Assembly (NCBI GenBank): GCA_965202665.1
Contig: OZ241841.1
Span: 1,376,001-1,440,000, forward strand
Source of the DNA: Candidatus Spongiisociaceae bacterium
GTDB lineage: Bacteria > Actinomycetota > Acidimicrobiia > Spongiisociales > Spongiisociaceae
Length of the DNA: 64,000 nt
Reading direction: 5' to 3'
Program-made: the position numbers and the translations under genes
The notes under the pieces: model-generated
Seen by the model: the letters and a program-made list of their open reading frames with translations, nothing else
The model's database searches: none
What the model was told of the DNA's origin: nothing
Shown here: positions 57,547 to 64,000 of the stretch, one piece after another
Numbering within the stretch: the first letter of the stretch is position 1
Layout: the number at the start of each line of letters is the position of its first letter

Positions 57547-58457
57547 TGTCCGTCGGACGCGGAGCCCCCACCGCGGAGCGGGTGCAGATCGCCTCCACCA
57601 TGGCCAAAGCCAAAGTGTTCCGGGAGGCCCTGCCCTACATCCGGGAGTTCCGGGGGCGGACGGTGGTGGTCAAATACGGCGGGTCGGCCATGACCGACCC
57701 GGAACTGCGGGCCGGGTTCGCCGGGGACATCGCCCTGCTGAAACTGGTGGGAATAAACCCGGTGGTGGTGCACGGGGGCGGCCCGGCCATCGACCGGGGA
57801 ATGAAAGAGGCCGGCTTGCGTCCGAAATGGGTGGACGGGTTGCGGGTCACCGACCGGGAGACGCTGCGGGTGGTGCGGCGGGCGCTGGCTGAAGAAATCA
57901 ACCCGGGCATCGTGCGGCTCCTGTCCGAACACGGGGTGGCCGGGGCGGGCATGAGCGGAATGGACAGCGGCCTGTTCACCGCCCGGCCCCGCGACCCGGC
58001 TTTGGGATTCGTCGGGGAGGTGGCCGAGGTGCGGCCGGAGGCGCTGAGACGCTACAACGGCTCCCCTCCGCAGGCGGTGGTGCCGGTGGTGGCCCCCCTC
58101 GCCCAAGGGGAAGACGGTTGCGTTTACAACCTGAACGCCGACACCGTGGCCGGGGCTTTGGCGGGCGGACTGGGGGCCCGCAAACTGGTTTACCTGACCG
58201 ATGTGGAAGGCCTCTACCGGGATTTGGGCGACCGGGACACGCTCATAACCCGCCTCAGCTTGGCCGAATTGCGCCGCCTGCTGGACGGCGGGGGCGTCTC
58301 CCGGGGCATGCTCCCCAAACTGGCTTCCTGCGTGCGGGCCTTGGAGCAGGGCGTTCCCCAAGCCCACATCCTGGACGGGCGCATCCAGCATGCGTTGCTG
58401 TTGGAAGTGTTCACCCCGGAGGGAATCGGAACGATGATCACGGAGAAAGGCGAATAA
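57546..58457 (+). CDS. argB: Acetylglutamate kinase
   Basis: EALPYI, VKYGGSAM, VHGGGP, NLNADT, GMLPK. Confidence 0.95.
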   Translation: MSVGRGAPTAERVQIASTMAKAKVFREALPYIREFRGRTVVVKYGGSAMTDPELRAGFAGDIALLKLVGINPVVVHGGGPAIDRGMKEAGLRPKWVDGLRVTDRETLRVVRRALAEEINPGIVRLLSEHGVAGAGMSGMDSGLFTARPRDPALGFVGEVAEVRPEALRRYNGSPPQAVVPVVAPLAQGEDGCVYNLNADTVAGALAGGLGARKLVYLTDVEGLYRDLGDRDTLITRLSLAELRRLLDGGGVSRGMLPKLASCVRALEQGVPQAHILDGRIQHALLLEVFTPEGIGTMITEKGE

Positions 58458-59633
58458 ATGGATATAGCGCAACGGGAAGCGGCCGTCACCATGCAAACCT
58501 ACCGGCGGGCGCCGGTCACTTTCACCCGCGGCGACGGTTGCCTGCTTTACGATTCGGACGGCGGGGAGTACCTGGACTGCCTGTCCGGGATAGCGGTGGC
58601 GTCGGTGGGCCACGCCAACCCGGCGGTGGCGGCCGCGGTGGCCCGGCAGATGACCAAACTGGTGCACGTCTCCAACCTCTACTACACGGTCCCGCAAGTG
58701 GAACTGGCGGAGCGGCTGACCGAACTGTCCGGCCTGGACCGGCTCTTCTACTCCAACGACGGGGCCACCGCCAACGAAACCGCCATCAAACTGGCCCGGC
58801 GCTGGGGGCAGTCCCGGCGCGGCCCGGACTGCCATCAGATCGTGTCGCTGTTGGATTCTTTCCACGGCCGCACCCTGGCCGCCCTGGCCGCCACCGGCCA
58901 GCCCGCCAAACAGGCGGTGTTCCAGCCGCTCCCGCCCGGCTTCATCCAAGTCCCGGCGGGCGATTTGGACGGTTTGCGCGGGGCGGTGGGGGAGCGGACG
59001 GCGGCGGTGATGCTGGAAACCATCCTGGGGGAGGGGGGCGTTCTTCCCCTGGACGGGGATTATCTGCGGGCGGTGCGGGAGATATGCGACGAGCGGGATG
59101 TTTTGCTGATCGTGGACGATGTGCAGGCCGGGATGGGGCGCACCGGCCACTGGTTTTCCTGGCAGCCGTTCGGTTTTCAGCCCGACATCGCCACCTTGGC
59201 CAAAGCCCTGGGCGGGGGGTTGCCCATCGGAGCGTGCCTGTCCACCGACCGGGCGGCGGCTTTCGACTACGGGGACCACGGCAGCACCTTCGGCGGCGGG
59301 CCGGCGGTGGCCGCCGCCGCCCTGGCCGTCATCGGCGAAATAGAGCAACGGGGGCTGTTGGCCAACTGCCGGGAGCGGGGGGAGCAGTTGCGGGAAGGCT
59401 TGGCCGCCCTGCCGGGGGTGGCCGGAGTGCGGGGATGGGGACTGTTGCTGGCCGCGGAGTTGGAGCGGGAGAATGCGGCCGAGGTGAACGAAGCGGCCTT
59501 GGCCCGCCGCCTTTTGACCAACAACGTGACCCCCAACGCCATCCGGTTCGCCCCTCCGCTGATCATCACCGCCGAACAGGCGGAGCTGGCCCTGTCCCGA
59601 TTCGCGTCCGCCCTGGAAGCGGCGGGCGGCTGA
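58458..59633 (+). CDS. argD: Acetylornithine aminotransferase
   Basis: HVSNLYY, SFHGRT, DDVQAGMGRTG, AKALGGG, HGSTFGG. Confidence 0.93.
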   Translation: MDIAQREAAVTMQTYRRAPVTFTRGDGCLLYDSDGGEYLDCLSGIAVASVGHANPAVAAAVARQMTKLVHVSNLYYTVPQVELAERLTELSGLDRLFYSNDGATANETAIKLARRWGQSRRGPDCHQIVSLLDSFHGRTLAALAATGQPAKQAVFQPLPPGFIQVPAGDLDGLRGAVGERTAAVMLETILGEGGVLPLDGDYLRAVREICDERDVLLIVDDVQAGMGRTGHWFSWQPFGFQPDIATLAKALGGGLPIGACLSTDRAAAFDYGDHGSTFGGGPAVAAAALAVIGEIEQRGLLANCRERGEQLREGLAALPGVAGVRGWGLLLAAELERENAAEVNEAALARRLLTNNVTPNAIRFAPPLIITAEQAELALSRFASALEAAGG

Positions 59634-59739
59634 AGCCCGGCGCGGAACAAGGGAAAGGGTTTGGCCCGCCCCCGGGTTGGGACCTCCCCGGCGGTGATTT
59701 CATCTCACGTTTCGGCGGGTTCGTCCGTTAATTAGGCGT

Positions 59740-60219
59740 ATGGGACTGCCTCCTTTTCAGCGGCTGATCGACGAACACGTCCCCGGCCTGCGCCGGTTCC
59801 TGACCGGGATGGTGGGTTGGGACGGGTCCGATGACTGCCTGCAGGAAACTTTGCTGGCCGCGCTGGCCGCCTATCCCGGTTTGCGGCACGGCGGCAACTT
59901 GCGGGGATGGCTGTTCGCCATCGCCCGGCGCAAAGCCGCGGACCATCTGCGGAGGCGGGCGCGGGACGGCCGTCCGCCTCCCCTCCCGGCGGGGGCGGAT
60001 GAGCGGGCGGCGGCGGAATCCCCGGACTGGGAGCTGTGGGCCCTGGTGGCCCGCCTGCCTGAGAAACAGCGCACGGCCGTAACTTTGCGTTTTCTGGCCG
60101 ACCTTCCCTATGCGGAAGTGGCGGAGGCGGCGGGAACCAGCGAGGCGGCCGCCCGTCAGAACGTGCGGGCCGGGTTGGCCGCTTTGCGCAAAAAGATGCC
60201 AAAGAAGGAGCAGACATGA
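59740..60219 (+). CDS. ECF sigma factor
   Basis: DDCLQET...WLFAIARRKAAD (region 2); LPEKQR...YAEVA (region 4). Confidence 0.85.
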   Translation: MGLPPFQRLIDEHVPGLRRFLTGMVGWDGSDDCLQETLLAALAAYPGLRHGGNLRGWLFAIARRKAADHLRRRARDGRPPPLPAGADERAAAESPDWELWALVARLPEKQRTAVTLRFLADLPYAEVAEAAGTSEAAARQNVRAGLAALRKKMPKKEQT

Positions 60220-60815
60220 ACGGAATAACCGACCGGTTGCGGGGACTGGCCGTTCCTCCCTCCGGGGCCGCGGCCGCGGATTTTGCGGAGCGGGCTTTCC
60301 GCGGGGGAGCGGCGGAGGCGGCCTACGGGCGGACGCCCACCCCGCTCGGGGCGCTGACCGCGGTGGTGACCCGCCGGGGGTTGCTGGCCTTGTTCTTTGA
60401 GGAACAGGACCAAGAGCGGGGGTTGCAACGGGTGGCCGACAAGGTGACTCCCGCCATCGTGGAGTCGCCCGCGGCGGTGGGGTTCGTCCAAGAAGCCCTC
60501 GACGGCTATTTCCGGGGGCGCGCCTTTCGGATTGAGACGCCCTTGGACCGCCGTCTGATGACCCCCTACCAGGGCCGCATCTTGGATTTCGCCTACGGCA
60601 TTCCCCCCGGGGAGGTGCGCACCTACCGGCAGGCGGCGGAACGGGCGGGGAACGGCCGGGCGGCCCGGGCGGCCGGACGGGCTTTGGCGTCCAATCCCAT
60701 ACCGGTGGTCCTGCCCTGCCATCGGGTGACCGCCTCCGACGGCGGCCTGCGCGGTTACGCGGGCGGCTTAGAGCGGAAACGTTACCTGCTGGAACACGAA
60801 GGGTTCCCCCGGTAG
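60216..60815 (+). CDS. ogt: Methylated-DNA-protein-cysteine methyltransferase
   Basis: IPPGEVRTY, NPIPVVLPCHRV, GYAGGLERK. Confidence 0.9.
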   Translation: MNGITDRLRGLAVPPSGAAAADFAERAFRGGAAEAAYGRTPTPLGALTAVVTRRGLLALFFEEQDQERGLQRVADKVTPAIVESPAAVGFVQEALDGYFRGRAFRIETPLDRRLMTPYQGRILDFAYGIPPGEVRTYRQAAERAGNGRAARAAGRALASNPIPVVLPCHRVTASDGGLRGYAGGLERKRYLLEHEGFPR

Positions 60816-60842
60816 GGGCGGGCGCCGGGTACATTTCCGGAT

Positions 60843-61427
60843 ATGCGGCCCATCGTGACCATCAAAGCGGCCCTCACTTTGGACGGCCAACTGGCCGCCG
60901 CCGACGGCTCCTCGCAGTGGATAACCCCGCCCGCCGCCCGGGAGGACGCCCACCGGTTGCGGGCGGAAGCGGATGCGGTCCTGGTAGGGGCGGGCACGGT
61001 GCGGGCCGACGATCCGCAACTGACGGTGCGCCTCCCCGGCTTCCGGGGTCCGCAACCCCGGCCGGTGATAGTCCAAGGGGGGCGGCCCCTCCCCGCCGGG
61101 GCCCGGCTCCTGGCCCGGGATCCGATAATCCTGCGCCCGGAGGGGGAAACGGGGCGGGCGGATCTGGCGGCCGGTTTGGAAGAACTGGGCCGCCGGGGCA
61201 TCAGGACGGTGCTGGCGGAAGGAGGGGCGGCCCTGTTCGGTTCGCTGGCGGCGCAGGGCTTGGCGGACCGGGCGGTCTTCTACTACGGGCCCCTGTTGGC
61301 GGCGGGAACGGGCCGCCCCCTGTTCCCCGGAGGGTGGCGGACATTGCGGGACGCCCTCCCGGTACGCATAGTCGCCGCCGAAAACCGGGGGGAATACCTA
61401 AGGGTGGAGGCGGACCTCCGCCCCTAG
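60843..61427 (+). CDS. RibD C-terminal-type pyrimidine reductase
   Basis: TLDGQLA, SQWIT, GAGTVRADDPQLTVR, AEGGA. Confidence 0.85.
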   Translation: MRPIVTIKAALTLDGQLAAADGSSQWITPPAAREDAHRLRAEADAVLVGAGTVRADDPQLTVRLPGFRGPQPRPVIVQGGRPLPAGARLLARDPIILRPEGETGRADLAAGLEELGRRGIRTVLAEGGAALFGSLAAQGLADRAVFYYGPLLAAGTGRPLFPGGWRTLRDALPVRIVAAENRGEYLRVEADLRP

Positions 61428-61592
61428 CGCAACCGACTGGTCAAGGGGTCAGGCGCAGATGGGGAGGCGGGCGTTGCCGTCCCAGCGGCCGCCAGCGCGC
61501 ATGGCCGTTTCCCCGGAGAAGATGCGTCTTTTGGCGTCCCGCCACATCTCAGCCCATTCCCGGTGGTCGGTCACCGCCGACTTCGGGGCGGG
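61317..61592 (+). repeat. Left copy of a ~270-bp diverged direct repeat (intact ribD 3' end, orphan dioxygenase 3' end)
   Basis: Aligns by eye with 62302-62570. Confidence 0.9.
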
Positions 61593-61623
61593 TTTGGTCG
61601 CGGGCGTGTCTATAATTGGGTGT

Positions 61624-61950
61624 ATGCGGGCGCAAATCATTCGCAACCTCAACCCCGATTTGGAAGCGGTGGAGGCTTTTTGCCGTAAGTGGCATATCGC
61701 CGAGATGTGCTTTTTCGGTTCGGTGTTGCGCGACGACTTCTCGGAGGACAGCGATGTGGATGTTCTCATCACCTACGAGGAGGGGCGGACGCTGGATCTC
61801 TTTGACCGGGCATGCGCCCAAGACGAGCTGTCCGAAATCCTGGGCAGAAAAGTGGATTGGATTTCCCGTGAGGCGGTGGCTTGGTGGCGGACGCCCCAGC
61901 GTTTTCGAGACAACATTTTCTCTACAGCCGAGGTCGTCCATGCACACTAG
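61624..61950 (+). CDS. Minimal nucleotidyltransferase antitoxin (MntA-like)
   Basis: FFGSVLRDDFSEDSDVDVL, LGRKVD; TATAAT 7 nt before the ATG. Confidence 0.88.
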   Translation: MRAQIIRNLNPDLEAVEAFCRKWHIAEMCFFGSVLRDDFSEDSDVDVLITYEEGRTLDLFDRACAQDELSEILGRKVDWISREAVAWWRTPQRFRDNIFSTAEVVHAH

Positions 61951-62293
61951 AGATATGAATGACGAGGAGCGTATGGCAATGATGGCGGCTTATGTTCCTC
62001 GACTTAAAGACATCTCTCATTTAAACCAAAACCAGTTTTTTCAATATATCGGAAGCGACCTTCTCTTGGAGCATGGTGTTTGCAAAGCCTTGGAATTGGT
62101 AGGTGAGGCAGCTTATTATATGACACCGGATGGGAAAGCGTATTATTCCACAATAGATTTTGATGTGTGGATTAGATGGAGACACCTGATCACCCACGCT
62201 TATGAATCAGTGGATATGGTGGAAGTTTGGGTGACTATATGGAAGCGTATCCCGGGCTTATACTCCAGCCTCCGTGAGTACGGGTTCCTATAA
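61940..62293 (+). CDS. HEPN/DUF86 RNase toxin (HepT-like)
   Basis: LELVGEAA, RHLITHAY (Rx4HxY), VWVTI; overlaps the MNT stop. Confidence 0.85.
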   Translation: MHTRDMNDEERMAMMAAYVPRLKDISHLNQNQFFQYIGSDLLLEHGVCKALELVGEAAYYMTPDGKAYYSTIDFDVWIRWRHLITHAYESVDMVEVWVTIWKRIPGLYSSLREYGFL

Positions 62294-62301
62294 CGGGCTG
62301 A

Positions 62302-62570
62302 CCCCTGTTCCCCGGAGGGTGACGTTGCGGGACGTACTCCCGGTGCGCATAATCGCCGCCGAAAACCGGGGGAATGCCTTAGGGTGAGGCGGACCTCCGC
62401 GCCTAGCGCATCCGACCGGTTAAAGGGTCAGGCGCAGATGGGGAGGCGGGCGTTGCCGTCCCAGCGGCCGCCGAAGCGCATGGCCGTTTCCCCGGAGATG
62501 ATGCGCCGTTTGGCGTCCCTCCACATCTCCGCCCATTCCCGGTGGTCGGTAACCGCCGACTCGGGGCGGG
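62302..62570 (+). repeat. Right copy of the direct repeat (decayed ribD 3' end, intact dioxygenase 3' end)
   Basis: The ribD part carries small deletions relative to the left copy. Confidence 0.9.
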
Positions 62571-63414
62571 CTCGGCTGCGGGCGACGAAACCGGGGAAGC
62601 AGGCCCGCCCGGTGGGCTGGCCGGTCGGCTGATAACGTAGGTCGAAACTCCATCGGATGTCATCGGTCTGGTTTTCCAGCGAGGCGTGTTCGGTGAGGCG
62701 GTGCAGCAGCAGAACATCCCCCGCTTTCATCTCCACCGGGATCCGGTCGCCCCCGATGACCGATTCGGGAATGTAGATTCCGGCGGGGAAAATCTTGCCC
62801 GGGCAGTGCGGGGAACGTTCCCCCCGGTGAGTTCCCGGCGACACTATCAGACAGCCGTTTTCCACGGTGGCGTCGGTAATCGCCGCCCATGCGGTCAGCA
62901 TTTCGGTTTCGTCCCCCTCCGGATCGATCACCGCCGCGTCTTGGTGCCAGTCGGTGGCGGCTACGTTGGAGTCGGCGTCCGCCCCGGCCAGGGCGCGGCG
63001 GGGCGGCTTGAGGCGGGCGTGCTGCACCGGGTTGCAGAAAACCTCCGGGCCGATCACCGACTCGGCGATGTCCAACAGCCGCGGGTGTGTCAGCAGGCGG
63101 AAGACGGCCGGGCCGGTGTTCAAAGTCGCATCTTCGGGCAGGTTGCGCAACATGGGCAGGGAAATGTCCAAGTGCTGGTAGAGCAGGTACATGTCGTCCA
63201 GCTGCCCCATCGCCTCGATGTAACGTTGGGAGAAGCCGGAGGAGCGCAGGGGCCGCATCACCCCTTTTGCCGCCAGTTCGGCGCAGGCCCGTTCCAAAAT
63301 GCGGTGGTATTCGTCCCGGATGTCGGCCAGGTCGGATTCGGAAAGGACGTTTTTGACCACCAGGTAGCCGTCGTCCTGGAAACGTTGCAGTTGCCCGGCG
63401 GTGAGACCCGTCAT
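62428..63414 (-). CDS. Phytanoyl-CoA dioxygenase family Fe(II)/2OG enzyme
   Basis: FQDDGYLVV, WHQD, GCL...PGTH, HAS..N...IRWSFDLRY. Confidence 0.88.
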   Translation of the reverse strand: MTGLTAGQLQRFQDDGYLVVKNVLSESDLADIRDEYHRILERACAELAAKGVMRPLRSSGFSQRYIEAMGQLDDMYLLYQHLDISLPMLRNLPEDATLNTGPAVFRLLTHPRLLDIAESVIGPEVFCNPVQHARLKPPRRALAGADADSNVAATDWHQDAAVIDPEGDETEMLTAWAAITDATVENGCLIVSPGTHRGERSPHCPGKIFPAGIYIPESVIGGDRIPVEMKAGDVLLLHRLTEHASLENQTDDIRWSFDLRYQPTGQPTGRACFPGFVARSRARPESAVTDHREWAEMWRDAKRRIISGETAMRFGGRWDGNARLPICA

Positions 63415-63549
63415 CTGCGCCTCCCTTGCGGATCGGGGCGCCCTTCACTAGCAAGTCGCGGCATTTTAGGCGCCCCGGCGGCATTTGGTTTGCCAATCCG
63501 GTTTGGCCGTTGCGGGGCGGGGCGGTCGCGGTCTGCGATACTGGGGGGC

Positions 63550-63638
63550 GGAGGGATGGCCGAGCGGTCGAAGGCGCTGGTCTTGAAAACCAGTAGGTCC
63601 GGCAACGGGTCTCGTGGGTTCGAATCCCACTCCCTCCG
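63550..63638 (+). tRNA. tRNA-Ser(TGA)
   Basis: GGAGGGA/TCCCTCC acceptor stem, CTGGT-CT-TGA-AA-ACCAG anticodon arm, long variable arm, GGTTCGAATCC. Confidence 0.95.
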
Positions 63639-63687
63639 CCCCCCTGCGCGCCGGGGGTTCAAACCTGCTAAAGTGGGGGCCGACATA

Positions 63688-63776
<89 letters not shown>

Positions 63777-63800
63777 GCCAGCCCGGACAATCCGAATATT

Positions 63801-63874
<74 letters not shown>

Positions 63875-63902
63875 CCGATGGCCCGCTTCCCCCGTTTGGC
63901 CT

Positions 63903-64000
63903 TTAGACCGTCTGCGGGGTGCGGGAGGGCCGTTCCCGTTTGCCGTTGAGCAGGGTTCCGACCGGGGTGTAACGCACCAGAAAATGGTAGGTGACCAGCA
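63903..64000 (-). CDS. 3' end of a probable membrane acyltransferase (acyltransferase-3/MdoC-like), partial
   Basis: LVTYHFLVRYTPVGTLLNGKR...stop; only 31 codons visible. Confidence 0.45.
   Translation of the reverse strand, partial: LVTYHFLVRYTPVGTLLNGKRERPSRTPQTV

Noticed and set aside
61449-61772. 107-aa minus-strand ORF ending like the dioxygenase
   Set aside because: It consists of antisense MNT sequence plus the duplicated gene end, so the direct repeat explains it.

Overview
GC-rich bacterial chromosome segment, probably Actinomycetota (inferred from many -10 boxes sitting 6-7 nt before an ATG, ArgR-type boxes and gene content). The housekeeping and catabolic backbone has coxB, an alpha-glucoside ABC transporter with glucosidase, ahcY, nadE, argCJBD and three tRNAs. 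Two defence islands interrupt it, and both are built on DNA phosphorothioation (PT). Island 1 (~1.7-17.7 kb) has an sspABCD-type module followed, not by SspE or SspFGH, but by an AT-rich cassette. That cassette encodes a protein made of RNA-polymerase-like parts (alpha-CTD, sigma region 4, wHTH) and a PbeABCD-like set (PLD-SF2 helicase, small protein, SMC ATPase, DndE-like protein). The island ends with an ATPase-less SspB-SspC chimera, and the main sspB is frameshifted at a G11 run. Island 2 (~35.7-48.6 kb) is dndA<>dndBCDE plus a second, diverged PbeABCD-like cassette, preceded by a 42-bp tandem array and a DUF4143 ATPase. Other items: an 11-bp repeat that acts as a frame switch in a DUF4062/RecG-C gene, and an MNT-HEPN toxin-antitoxin pair flanked by a ~270-bp target duplication. 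All family calls come from motif recognition by eye; no searches were run.
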